64,000 nt of DNA, taken from Chamaesiphon sp. Lineage in GTDB: Bacteria > Cyanobacteriota > Cyanobacteriia > Cyanobacteriales > Chamaesiphonaceae. Position numbers and translations under genes: made by a program. This document shows, one piece after another, positions 24,519-35,140 of the stretch. Location: positions 96,001-160,000 of the forward strand of contig CBDFFH010000038.1 of the NCBI GenBank assembly GCA_965246715.1. The letters are read 5' to 3'. Under the pieces are notes generated by a model. That model was not told the origin of the DNA, searched no databases, and was given only the letters and a program-made list of their open reading frames with translations. The stretch's first letter is position 1, and each line of letters begins with the position of its first letter.

Positions 24519-24842
24519 CCAGAAAAGAATTGAGCGTTGCTGAATTATTGTAGATTTTGGGAATTTAATGTTTTATTACCTGATGAAATAGCTTTCTGGG
24601 CAATATACATCTCAGCTTTGTCCCGTATTTTCAACAGCTTTTTTCAGCTTGAGTGTTTGATAGAGATTAACACCACCCAAAACTCCGATAATTGACGTAG
24701 ACAATCTACATGACAAAGACTAGAGCGATCGCTCTAATCTTTAAAAACATTAGTTTTTGTTTGCTGGCAATAAGATAATAGCGATCGGTTTCTGGCAAAG
24801 GTTTGATGGTCGATTATGCTGACATTAGCGTGACGATCGAAT

Positions 24843-25403
24843 TTACTTAATTGACTTTGTTGTTTTTGCGGCAATGGCTGTACCAGTAACTCTCCAAGTA
24901 TTATTATCTTCGCGAGTGACAATCAACTTACCTTCTAGGACACGTTCGCGATCGAGTTTCCACAGATAGTTATCTCTAGAGTTATTATTGGTCGCGAATT
25001 TTATGTAGGCATCAGGCGAGCTATTGCGCATCTGCTCTGCCTCTCGCTTCGATGCATAATTATATCCGCGTTCGAGAATATGAACTTCAACTTTAGCAAA
25101 TTTAGATTGGGTAACAGGAGACAATTTTAATTCTACTAATCTGATATCTTTTACTTCCTCAAAAACCACATATTTATTTCGATCGGCTGACATACCGTTG
25201 TTTGGATTGGCTTTGTGATTGCGGTTGCGATAGTAATCATTAATCGCCTGAGAAATATTTCTAACCTCTGCTTGAGAAGGCTGTGAATTATTTGCCCCAT
25301 AAACAGTTTTGATATCGACTCGATCGGGTTCGCCAGCATTAGTAATATTTGCAACTGCGAAAATACCCGCGATCGAGGTAGTAGTAAGAATAAAAAGTTT
25401 CAT
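24843..25403 (-). CDS. Hypothetical secreted protein
   Basis: 186-aa ORF with a signal-peptide-like N-terminus; no family recognised. Confidence 0.6.
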   Translation of the reverse strand: MKLFILTTTSIAGIFAVANITNAGEPDRVDIKTVYGANNSQPSQAEVRNISQAINDYYRNRNHKANPNNGMSADRNKYVVFEEVKDIRLVELKLSPVTQSKFAKVEVHILERGYNYASKREAEQMRNSSPDAYIKFATNNNSRDNYLWKLDRERVLEGKLIVTREDNNTWRVTGTAIAAKTTKSIK

Positions 25404-25613
25404 TAGAACTGTTCGGGGTTATGAATAAATCAGTGCAGATCGAGCGATCTTTAGTTACTGCAGCAGAGATCTGAATTTCCCGAAATCTCCCATAAAAAGG
25501 AGTTTGGAAGATCCACTACTTGAGCTTGTAACAAATACAAATTTGCCTACTGATATTATTCAGTTTACCCACGAATTCGATCTCGATTAACATGGGAGAA
25601 TTTCTAAGATTAT

Positions 25614-27310
25614 CTATTTCAGGAAATCCTCACCATGAATGATTGCTAAAGCCTCTTCTAAATGGTTGAAAAAGCGATCGTTACCAATTAAAGTTGTCAG
25701 ACCATCGCGATCGAATTGACATTTTACATTCGGTGCCAAACCAGACACGATCGTTACCACCTGCTGCCTTGATAGCGCCTTCACCACATCGCGAATTGTC
25801 TCAGATGCAGAGTAGTCAATTTCGGTAATCGCGCGTGCCTCAAGAATAAAAAACTTGACAGGTACTGCTGCACCATAAACTAGGCGCTGGACTTGTTCGG
25901 AAAAGTAGGTGGTATTGGCATAAAATAAATCTCGACTGAAACGGTAAATAATCAAACCAGGTGCGGAGACAGTGCCAGGAATAGCCGGAACTGGTTGCCA
26001 AAATCTATGATCCCCAGGAATCAATACTGCCGAGTGGGGTCGATAGCTATGATAGACGTGCAAAATCAATGACAGCATTACAGAGACAATGATGCCCTGT
26101 TTGACCCCAACAAATACGACTGTCAGCGCGGAGATCGCCCCTAGATAAGATTCTTCTCGATGCGTTTTAAAGATACTATGCAGCCCTTTGAGATCGATTA
26201 ATTTCAGCCCGATCCAGAACACGATCGCAGCGAGAGTAGCATTTGGCAAGTAGCCGATCGGTGCGGTGAGGAAGAGAAGTACAATTAACACGATCGCGGC
26301 TGTTGTCAGTTGTGACACTTGGCTGCGTCCGCCAGCCGTATCGACGATTGCTGTTTTCGTCGGACTACCATTGACGACAAAGGTTCCAGTCAAACCCGCC
26401 GCCACATTTGCTGCTGCTAACCCCAGGAGATCGACATTTTCATTAAATCGATCGCTATACCGAAAAGCATAGGCACGAGCAGTAGCCGCACTCTGAGCGA
26501 TGATGACGATACAACAAGAGATGGCAATCCCAGCACCTGGGGGATTTCGGCCATGGCAACATTTGGCAACCCGAAAGTTGGTAGTCCGCTGGGTAGAGTC
26601 CCGACGACAGTTACACCGCGACTGGCAAAGTCAAACAGCCAACTGGCAATAATCGCGCCGATTACCGCCAGCAGCGCACCTGGAAATTTGGGTAAGAATT
26701 TCTCACAGAAGAAGACAATCGCGAGTACTGCTGCGGAAATGCTGAGTGTGAATAAATTAATTTGCTCCAGATGCTGTCCGATATAAATAATTTGCGAAAG
26801 CGGCTCTCTACCACCGCCAGTCAATCCGACTAATTCGCCTAATTGCCCGATCGCGACTTGAATCCCGACACCAGTTAAAAAGCCGATGAGGACGGTACGC
26901 GACAAAAAATCGGCTAGAAAACCTAGCCCGAAGATGCGTGCTAATAACAGCAATCCTGCCGTGACGATGGCGACTGCTTCGGCTAATGCTAAATAGCGCT
27001 CGCTCCCAGTTTGCGCCAGCACGGACAGTCCAGCCGCGATTATCGCTGCCGTCGCTGAGTCCGCAGCAACGACTAGATGCCGCGAAGATCCGAAGATTGC
27101 AAAGGCTACTACTGGTAACAGTAATGTATATAATCCTGTTGCGATCGGCGTTCCGGAGATCTTGGTATAGCCCATCACTTCCGGGATCCCCAATGCTGCC
27201 AACACGATCCCAGCGGCGATATCGCTCCCCAATGTCGAGTTATTCCAAGGTAAAATTCCCTGCAGTAGTCGCAGCTGGAATTTTTCCACAGGTTGTTTAT
27301 TCGTACTCAC
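25614..27310 (-). pseudogene. SulP/SLC26 anion transporter with STAS domain, frameshifted
   Basis: Two ORFs form one SulP gene (GSSRHLVVAADSA...NGSPTKTA...STAS). Adding one G in the CCC run at 26529-26531 restores VLGIAISCCIVIIAQSAATARAY in frame. Confidence 0.85.
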
Positions 27311-27786
27311 GATTTCTTTATTTCCATCAATTTAATTCTGCCGATCGGTAGATCGAGTAGCTGTATCTCTCTAGTATCGCTCCAGACTACCCAAGTTAAA
27401 TAACACTCCCATAGCGATATTTTGGAGTGCGGTTAGATTGCTTGAGAAGTGTCATCGACCTATCTCGATCGATTAGTACCGATTACTATACCAAAATCAC
27501 ATTGACTGAGTAAAAATTCGCCGATCGGCTAGTGAAATCGATCGATTATTCGATCGTGAAAAATGTCACCTGTGCGGACGTGACTTTAGTAATAGTTGGG
27601 CAGGAAGCGGATCGTTACCTTTGCTAGATGAAGAGTCTAGACCATAGTGATAAGTTAAAGATTCAAGCATTGAATATAAGTGTTATGGCCGTCGATGACT
27701 GGCAATTAACTCGATCTTCCAGAGTTAAATAGTCAGTTTTTCGGTAGATATATATCAACCTCTTAATGACGAGACGAGATTTATAA

Positions 27787-27906
27787 ATGTTGAACGGTAA
27801 CGGTGGGAAGCCAGACAGTATCGCCGCTGGAGCCGCGATCGTGATTATTATCGCGATCGGTATGACTATCGTTATTATCGTCGGTGGTAACACCTTGACA
27901 ATCTGA
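27787..27906 (+). CDS. Putative 39-aa single-pass membrane protein (not in the ORF track)
   Basis: ATG 27787 to TGA 27906 reads MLNGNGGKPDSIAAGAAIVIIIAIGMTIVIIVGGNTLTI, containing one hydrophobic helix. Confidence 0.5.
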   Translation: MLNGNGGKPDSIAAGAAIVIIIAIGMTIVIIVGGNTLTI

Positions 27907-28020
27907 GCCTTGCTGTAGCAGTTTTACGGACACGGAACTGCTACTTTGCCACCAGCGCAACGCCATCTTTGGATAAATTGCTGCTAATCGGATTTCTCTA
28001 AATCGATCGAGGAATGGATA

Positions 28021-28275
28021 ATGAAAATGGTCGCTTTTAAAAAACGGATCTTAGCCAATGGATTAGCCTTAAGTCTGCTCGGTGACTTAGTATCTGGGAT
28101 ATTTTTTGGTGTTGGCTATTTAGCGATCGACCATTTCAATGACTGGATGGATACCCAATCCGCCACAAATCCTCCCGCTCAGACCGCTGGCGAGCGCGGT
28201 AAAGTAAGTAGCGGCACATTCCCAGCAATCGAGCGCAACCGCAGCAACAACGACCGATCGCGACTGAATTGTTAA
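28021..28275 (+). CDS. Hypothetical membrane protein
   Basis: 84 aa with GAGGA upstream and one N-terminal hydrophobic segment. Confidence 0.55.
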   Translation: MKMVAFKKRILANGLALSLLGDLVSGIFFGVGYLAIDHFNDWMDTQSATNPPAQTAGERGKVSSGTFPAIERNRSNNDRSRLNC

Positions 28276-28323
28276 ACTCATATCTTGCACTAGTTGAAAT
28301 ATACTATTGCTTGGTGTAGATCC

Positions 28324-28386
28324 AGGGTACTCACAAGGGGCACCCCTACAGGTTAATTTTGTAGGGGTGCCCCTTGTGAGTACCCT
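28324..28386. repeat. REP-like perfect inverted repeat (27-bp arms)
   Basis: AGGGTACTCACAAGGGGCACCCCTACA-GGTTAATTT-TGTAGGGGTGCCCCTTGTGAGTACCCT, containing the GTAG foot. Confidence 0.85.
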
Positions 28387-28458
28387 AAAATCTATGCTTT
28401 TACTAGTCTTTATGTATTGGCGCAAGATGTGAATAAACCTATAGATAGCCCATCAAAA

Positions 28459-29388
28459 TTAGCTAACTGTAACGTCTGGGCGGTCTAATTCACCATCGTT
28501 CCAAGATGTGGGATCTTCTAAAGGTTCCAAATGAGTGGTGACATGGCTTAGGGGCAGCGCGGCAACGATCGCCAGCTCGACTGCTTCACAGAGATCGTGA
28601 CCGTGCTGCACAGTCCACGCGCCAGGAACGAGGATATGAAGGGAAATAAAGCGACGCGCACCAGCCACGCGCGTTCTCAGCGCATGAAATTGAATTTCGG
28701 AAGATTCATATTCCCGCAACACTAAGACAATCGCCTCGCGCTCGTGAGTGGGTAGTGATGCATCCATTAACTCAGCACCCGCCTCTCGGAGTAAGCCGAT
28801 CCCGATCCGCACGATATTCACTGCCACAATCATCGAAACAATCGCATCCAGCGCCAACCAACCCGTAATTTGAACGAGCATGATGCCGATTACTACCCCC
28901 GCTGAAGTCCAGACATCTGAAAATAGATGATGGGCATCCGTTCGCAGCGTAATCGATCGCAAGCGCTTCCCCGCACGCAATAAAATCCAACCGACCACCC
29001 CATTAACCACGGTAGCAAGTACCGAAACTACCAATCCTAAGCCGATCTGTTCTAACGGTTGGGGATGGGAAAGTCGCTCCCATGCTGTAATTGCAATAGT
29101 CACAGCCGCAACAATAATCAGTACGGCTTCCAAGGCACTGGAAAAGTACTCAGCTTTGGTATATCCGAAGGCATGTTTGGCATCGGGTGGTTTAGCCGCA
29201 ACCGTTAGCGCCCAAAAATTCACTAGTGCTGCCACTAAATTGATACAAGACTCGATCGCATCTGAGAGCAAACCGACCGAGTTTGTAAGGCGATATGCAC
29301 CAAATTTGAGCGCGATCGTCACCACTGCGGCAGCGATCGATAATATTGTATACGCACGAGGCGATTGCCCAGAATGTAGCCGATCCAT
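28459..29388 (-). CDS. Cation diffusion facilitator (FieF-like) transporter
   Basis: SVGLLSDAIES, PPDAKHAFGYTKAEY, DAHHLFSDVWTS and a C-terminal dimerisation domain ending THLEP. Confidence 0.92.
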   Translation of the reverse strand: MDRLHSGQSPRAYTILSIAAAVVTIALKFGAYRLTNSVGLLSDAIESCINLVAALVNFWALTVAAKPPDAKHAFGYTKAEYFSSALEAVLIIVAAVTIAITAWERLSHPQPLEQIGLGLVVSVLATVVNGVVGWILLRAGKRLRSITLRTDAHHLFSDVWTSAGVVIGIMLVQITGWLALDAIVSMIVAVNIVRIGIGLLREAGAELMDASLPTHEREAIVLVLREYESSEIQFHALRTRVAGARRFISLHILVPGAWTVQHGHDLCEAVELAIVAALPLSHVTTHLEPLEDPTSWNDGELDRPDVTVS

Positions 29389-29552
29389 TAACTGTGGTGG
29401 TGATAATCAAACATCTTTTAAAGCTAGCAGATCGTTTCAGCCTCAGCGCGATCGAGCTAGCTCGATCCCGATTGCAAAGTCCATCTCCACTTTAACCGTT
29501 CGGCGGCCGATCGCGAACTCCGCTACGGCCAACCAAGCGACTCAGTCATAAA

Positions 29553-29855
29553 TCAAACGACTTCTTCTTCCTTATGTGTTTCAAATACACAATCAGCTTG
29601 AGGATGTGAGATACAAATCAAGACATAGCCCTGAGCGATTTGGTCGTCGCTCAAATAAGAACCCTCAGACTGGTCTACCGACCCAGAGACTAACTTGGCC
29701 GTACAAGTCGAGCAAACGCCCTGTCGACAGGAATAAGGTAGTTCCATTCCACCTTCTTCGGCCGTTTCCAGTATATAGCTATCTTCCGGGACGGCAACAG
29801 TTTGGTCGATGCCCTCGGCTTTATTGAACAATCTAACTTGGTAAGATGCTGCCAT
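29553..29855 (-). CDS. Plant-type [2Fe-2S] ferredoxin
   Basis: LPYSCRQGVCSTC...VLIC; ends THKEEEV. Confidence 0.93.
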   Translation of the reverse strand: MAASYQVRLFNKAEGIDQTVAVPEDSYILETAEEGGMELPYSCRQGVCSTCTAKLVSGSVDQSEGSYLSDDQIAQGYVLICISHPQADCVFETHKEEEVV

Positions 29856-30302
29856 ATGAAATAACCTCTACAAGTATTTAGTTCGGAATCGATTCAAATT
29901 CGACCTGTGACTCGATCTCCAAGGGAAGATCGCAGCTACGATCGGGTCAACATCGCGAGCGCTGCGATCCACCGCTCGACCGCTCGTACCTACTCGCCCA
30001 ACTTGCTCCCCTCCTACTCTGACAAGTTGATGGGTTATTTCCTGTATAAATTGATTGAATCAAACGGCAAAATTACAAGAGGCGATCGAGATTAAAACAT
30101 TATTATCGGGCGAGAATCAATGTAGTTGACGGATAGCACTAGGAGAAGATGTGATGAGGTGATTTTGTAGTGACAGAGTAGAGATATAGCAAAATTATCA
30201 GAGATCGCCACATCTGGATCGTCACAGAATAGCGCAATCTGTCGTATTATTAGTTCCGTATGAGTGTATCTAGCTATTTACTAGGGGTCTTATTCATAAC
30301 CT

Positions 30303-30938
30303 ATGTACATCGACATTGATTATGACCATCAAAAAAACATTCACAGTCAAGCAGGCGCTAAAGCTGCGTTGGCGGCGATTTTAGCTCATTTTTCAGTTAA
30401 TAGTCTTCTCGATGTCGGTTGCGGTGCTGGTACGTGGCTAAAAGCAGCGTTAGATCTGGGAGTTATCGATATATTGGGAATAGATGGTATTTCGATTTCA
30501 ATAGATCGATTACTCGTTCCACCTAAATTTTTCCAACAGCAGGATTTAACAATACCTTGGCATCTCAACCGTCGATTTGACTTAGTTATTTGCCTAGAAG
30601 TGGCAGAACATCTAGATAGTTCTAATGCAAATACTTTAATTGAGGCGATCGCCAATCATACCGATCTTATTATTTTTAGCGCAGCTTGTCCTGGTCAGCC
30701 TGGGCAACATCACGTAAATTGCCAATGGCCGACTTATTGGCAAAAATTATTTAATAGTTGTGGTTTTTCCTGTTGTGATACTATGCGGTGGAAGATCTGG
30801 GATGATGTGCAGATCGAGCCATGGTATCGACAAAATATGTTTGTGGCTCAGCGAGATAAATTTGCAGGAGTAGAAGCTCGAATCTCACATGTAATTCATC
30901 CAGACATGATGTCTTATTTCAAAGACTGGTCGCAATAA
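30303..30938 (+). CDS. Class I SAM-dependent methyltransferase
   Basis: LLDVGCGAG, FDLVICLEVAEH and PGQPGQHHVNCQ. Confidence 0.85.
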   Translation: MYIDIDYDHQKNIHSQAGAKAALAAILAHFSVNSLLDVGCGAGTWLKAALDLGVIDILGIDGISISIDRLLVPPKFFQQQDLTIPWHLNRRFDLVICLEVAEHLDSSNANTLIEAIANHTDLIIFSAACPGQPGQHHVNCQWPTYWQKLFNSCGFSCCDTMRWKIWDDVQIEPWYRQNMFVAQRDKFAGVEARISHVIHPDMMSYFKDWSQ

Positions 30939-31044
30939 AAACTCTTCAAAACGATTGTCACCGATCGCTCGGCCTAAATTAGCGACCGCACTTAGGCATT
31001 ACAGTAATAAAATCTAATAAATTTCCGCATCAACAGTTGAAATC

Positions 31045-31968
31045 ATGCTCGATATTTGTATCTGTACGCACAATCCAGATCGACAGCTATTTGCTATTGT
31101 GATTCAGGCTCTAGCCGACCAGACTTTGGACAAATCAAAATATGAGGTTTGGGTCATTGATAATGCCTCTGACATTCCAATTGAAGTGAAAGATCTTCAA
31201 CCATTAACCGCAGTAGGGGTTAAATGTAATATCCTTGTTGCTTCTCAATTAGGGCTGATGTACGCGCGGAGTGTCGCGATCGAGGCAACTACCAATGAAT
31301 GGTTGGTGTTTGTTGACGATGATAATGAATTAAGTAAAAATTATTTAGAAACAGTATTAGAAATAACGAAAAACAATCCACAACTTGGATGTTTTGGGGG
31401 TAAACTACTACTCCCAGATAATATTAAATATCCGAAGTGGATGGAAGTAATGTTACCATATCTGGCAATTAAAGACCTGGGTGATGAAGTCTTGTCCAAC
31501 TGTGCCAATCATTGGGGTGAATGGGAACCCCCTGGTGCGGGATTTGTGATTCGGAGATCCGTGCTGGAGGTGTCACAGCGGCGATTGGCAAACTTACCAA
31601 AAACAGTGGTACTAGATCGTCAAGGTCGAAGTTTGTTATCAGCAGGAGATTCAATGATTACAAGGGGAGCGTACGAGCTAAATTTGGAGTGCGCTTACCA
31701 ACCAAGATTGCAACTTATCCATCGGATAAATCCCAGGCGACTTGCATTCCAATATCTGATCCGGTTACTATATGGGCACGGTCGGAGTTATGTATTGTTA
31801 GAGCGAGTTTTGGGTAATTCAGTAGCAAGTATTGATGGCTGGCAACGGATTACTTTTATGTTTACTAGAATTATGGTAAGAATTAAAGATTCCCAATCGA
31901 TTCAACAGTGTTTATGTATGATTGCCTGGGATTATGGATATTTATATGAATCCAGAAAATCTCAATAA
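31045..31968 (+). CDS. Glycosyltransferase family 2
   Basis: ICICTHNP, VIDNAS and FVDDD (DxD motif). Confidence 0.88.
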   Translation: MLDICICTHNPDRQLFAIVIQALADQTLDKSKYEVWVIDNASDIPIEVKDLQPLTAVGVKCNILVASQLGLMYARSVAIEATTNEWLVFVDDDNELSKNYLETVLEITKNNPQLGCFGGKLLLPDNIKYPKWMEVMLPYLAIKDLGDEVLSNCANHWGEWEPPGAGFVIRRSVLEVSQRRLANLPKTVVLDRQGRSLLSAGDSMITRGAYELNLECAYQPRLQLIHRINPRRLAFQYLIRLLYGHGRSYVLLERVLGNSVASIDGWQRITFMFTRIMVRIKDSQSIQQCLCMIAWDYGYLYESRKSQ

Positions 31969-32008
31969 TATAAGAACGTAAATTTATTTCGTATAATTTG
32001 CCATTAAA

Positions 32009-34327
32009 ATGTTACCTAAAATCAGTATAGTAATCCCATGTTATAACGCTGTCAGTACGATCGAACGAACGATTCGATCTCTGATCAATCAGCATTATAC
32101 TAATTTGGAATTAGTTTTAATAGATGGTGGTAGTAATGATGGCACGATGGAGATCGTCAATTCATACAAGGGGCACTTCGATCGAATTATTTCCGAACCC
32201 GATCGAGGACAAGCAAATGCTTTGAACAAGGGTTTTAAGTTAACCACTGGTGAAATTTGGGGATGGTTGTGTGCCGATGATGAGCTAACTGCTGGAGCAT
32301 TATTATATTTTGCTAAGTTATTTCAAATTAACCCAGATATCGATGTAATTACAGCAGGATGCAAGCGAATTTTTGCTGATGGCACGACTTTTAATACCAA
32401 GCCTCGGGCGGATGTGATGCAACGGATTGCCTATCACAACGGCATCGAGCAACCGAGCACCTTGTGGCGAGCTACCGTCCATCAACAGGTGGGAGCGCTT
32501 GATGAAAACTATAATTATGCCTTTGATTGGGTGTGGTGGAATCAATTACAGCAAGCTGGTGTGAGAGTATTAGTTACCGATCGCGTCGTCTCGCGTTACT
32601 ATTTTAGCGATACCAATAAAACATCGACTGGCTCTCGGGAGACTATCAATGAAATGTATCGGATTATCAAACACTATGGTCCAGCCCGGGGCTATTTAGC
32701 CGATATATATTTATTTCTGTATGAGAACTTCGATCTAGAAGGCTATTATGATAAACCACCCCATGTAGAGCGAATTGATTGGTGGTGGTATTTACTCAAA
32801 CAAGAACAGACCAATCGCTTTAAGCTTTTGTATTGGATCGTATGTCTGTGGGGATTGAGTCTCATATTTGGTCGTGACCGGATTATGGGCTATAACTGGA
32901 ATTTCGCTTCTAGACAAGAGCGTAATTTATGTTGGTATAAATATCCGTCAATAGACTCAGCCCCAGAACCAATCGTATTGTCCTTGGAAAATTGTATCGA
33001 TCCCGTAGATATTTCGACTATAACTGGGGGATTTTCAGCTCAGCCACTCACAATTAGCAAACCAAAAATTGCGGTCGATTGCTGTTGTTTTCAGTTGAAG
33101 AATTTTGAAAGCCAACGGATTTGGAATTTGATTTTTCAAGAGTGGAGCAATAAGGATTTTGCAGGTCAGATATTGCTACTAGATCGTGAAAAAACAGCAC
33201 CTCAATTATATGGATTTAAATATTGCGATCTACCTAGGGTCAATTTTCAAAGTCCAGGACACGAAGCAATATTACTTCAGGAGATCTGCGATCGCGAACA
33301 GATCGATATTTTTCTGTCTACAGGTGATACTATCCCTGTGATGACACATTCTATCGCGACGATTACTGATGATTTTTGGTTGAAAAATATCGATACTGTT
33401 AAAAGTTGGAGGATAGCTCATGCGTCGAAGTTTATAGTTATGAGCTACAAAATAGCTGCAGAATTAAGTCGATGCTTTCCCAATTTAAATGTTAAAGATA
33501 TGGTCGTAACACCATTAAATACCGAGCGACTGTTTATTCCCAGTAAACAAGTGGAAATCGACAATTTCCGAAAAAAATATCATTTAGACTTGCCATACCT
33601 GTTATTAGTAGATCGAGACGATCGAGACGACGAAACAGGTACGCTCGAATTTTTTAGAGCCTTTGCCCAATTTGTAAATCGAGATCGATATGCAATTGTC
33701 TGGGCGAATCGGACATTACCTGTTTCCCCAGAAATCTCCATACTAATGGAAGATCATCCTTTCTTGCTGTGCCAGCTTCCGCCCTCCGAATTAAAGCTAG
33801 CTTACGGTGGCGCAACAGCATTAGTTGAAATGAATCTGGGGGCAGGAACGACAGTATTAGAGGCAATATTCTGCGGCTGTCCGACGATCGTCGAGCGGCA
33901 GATCGAGATCGCTAAACTATTAGGCAACGCCGCTATATATGTAGATAAAAATAACTTGTCAGAGTTAGTCGAGGTTTTAGAAAAAATTCAGCAATCTAGT
34001 TTACGCGAGCAGCTAATCCGCCAGGGCTTCGAGCGAACTCACAATTTTTCAATCCAACAGATGACAGAAAAATTGACTACCACAATTTTTGATACTTATC
34101 AACAAATCCAAGACAGTCGATTACCCGCAACCAACTCCATTTGGCAATCTTTCCGAGATTTACAAATTGCGACTTATGGTTATTCAGATAATTTGAGCGA
34201 AATTAGCGAAAAATTAGTAGCAGCAGAACAAACTATCGCATCAATGAAAACCACAAAATTTTGGCTAATGCGAGAGCAATGGTTTAAGTTAAAAAAAGGA
34301 TTGAAGCTAACTCAAAAAATAGATTGA
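32009..34327 (+). CDS. Two-domain glycosyltransferase: GT2 fused to a divergent GT4 (GT-B) domain
   Basis: N-terminal SIVIPCYN, IDGGSNDGT and WLCADD. The C-terminal half aligns by eye with the 35141-36451 protein. Confidence 0.85.
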   Translation: MLPKISIVIPCYNAVSTIERTIRSLINQHYTNLELVLIDGGSNDGTMEIVNSYKGHFDRIISEPDRGQANALNKGFKLTTGEIWGWLCADDELTAGALLYFAKLFQINPDIDVITAGCKRIFADGTTFNTKPRADVMQRIAYHNGIEQPSTLWRATVHQQVGALDENYNYAFDWVWWNQLQQAGVRVLVTDRVVSRYYFSDTNKTSTGSRETINEMYRIIKHYGPARGYLADIYLFLYENFDLEGYYDKPPHVERIDWWWYLLKQEQTNRFKLLYWIVCLWGLSLIFGRDRIMGYNWNFASRQERNLCWYKYPSIDSAPEPIVLSLENCIDPVDISTITGGFSAQPLTISKPKIAVDCCCFQLKNFESQRIWNLIFQEWSNKDFAGQILLLDREKTAPQLYGFKYCDLPRVNFQSPGHEAILLQEICDREQIDIFLSTGDTIPVMTHSIATITDDFWLKNIDTVKSWRIAHASKFIVMSYKIAAELSRCFPNLNVKDMVVTPLNTERLFIPSKQVEIDNFRKKYHLDLPYLLLVDRDDRDDETGTLEFFRAFAQFVNRDRYAIVWANRTLPVSPEISILMEDHPFLLCQLPPSELKLAYGGATALVEMNLGAGTTVLEAIFCGCPTIVERQIEIAKLLGNAAIYVDKNNLSELVEVLEKIQQSSLREQLIRQGFERTHNFSIQQMTEKLTTTIFDTYQQIQDSRLPATNSIWQSFRDLQIATYGYSDNLSEISEKLVAAEQTIASMKTTKFWLMREQWFKLKKGLKLTQKID

Positions 34328-34328
34328 G

Positions 34329-35078
34329 TCACCATTTTAAATTACTCCGAAACATCCCATTTCGCTTGACAAAAGCTAGATCGACTTGACCTAATGCTAG
34401 ATCGAATGGTCTTCGCAGACATTCTGTAATATCATAAAGTTCGTAAGATCGATCTGCCATAAAGTTAATTACTTCACGAGAGATTGGTTGATTGGAGAAG
34501 AATGCAAATAGGGATGTTTCAATAATAAACACTTCAGTTTTACCAAATAGGGTTTCTGCTCCAGCTAAAGCTTCAAGTTCAAACCCTTGGATATCTAATT
34601 TTACAAGATCCGGCTGAAACTGCGGATAAGTCTCGCTCAATAACTCGTCGATCGAGATCGTTGGAGTTTTTCGCTGTTTGCCGGTAGCTAGATCTCGTTC
34701 GTCAGTCGTTGGTAAAAATGAAGAGCCAGATAAATCCTCCCAAATAGTTTGCACCAGTTCTCCCGAAACTTTAGCTGCACCTGCTTGAATTAGCCGAACT
34801 TGTGGATTTTTATCGACCAACGCCTGTAGATGCGATATCATTTCAACTTGTGGCTCGATCGCTAATAGAGGTATGCCAGGAAAAATAGACAGTGCCATAC
34901 TACTCCAGTTACCATAGTTAGCCCCGACATCAATTATTCCTTGGGGACAAAAACCCCTAGCTTGTGTATCTAATAAGAAAAGATCGACATCTCTAATCGA
35001 GCCATGTTCTGAATGATTCTTAATCGCTCTGATTTCATACCCTAGCGAACGAATTAATCTTTTAATAATTTCTTTCAT
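34329..35078 (-). CDS. FkbM-family methyltransferase
   Basis: IIDVGANYG, LVKLDIQGFELEALAGA and GQVDLAF. Confidence 0.9.
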   Translation of the reverse strand: MKEIIKRLIRSLGYEIRAIKNHSEHGSIRDVDLFLLDTQARGFCPQGIIDVGANYGNWSSMALSIFPGIPLLAIEPQVEMISHLQALVDKNPQVRLIQAGAAKVSGELVQTIWEDLSGSSFLPTTDERDLATGKQRKTPTISIDELLSETYPQFQPDLVKLDIQGFELEALAGAETLFGKTEVFIIETSLFAFFSNQPISREVINFMADRSYELYDITECLRRPFDLALGQVDLAFVKRNGMFRSNLKW

Positions 35079-35140
35079 ACTTGAGATCGAGAGATATATA
35101 TGCTTACCTATTTTGTAATATAATACTAGACTAATCTAAC

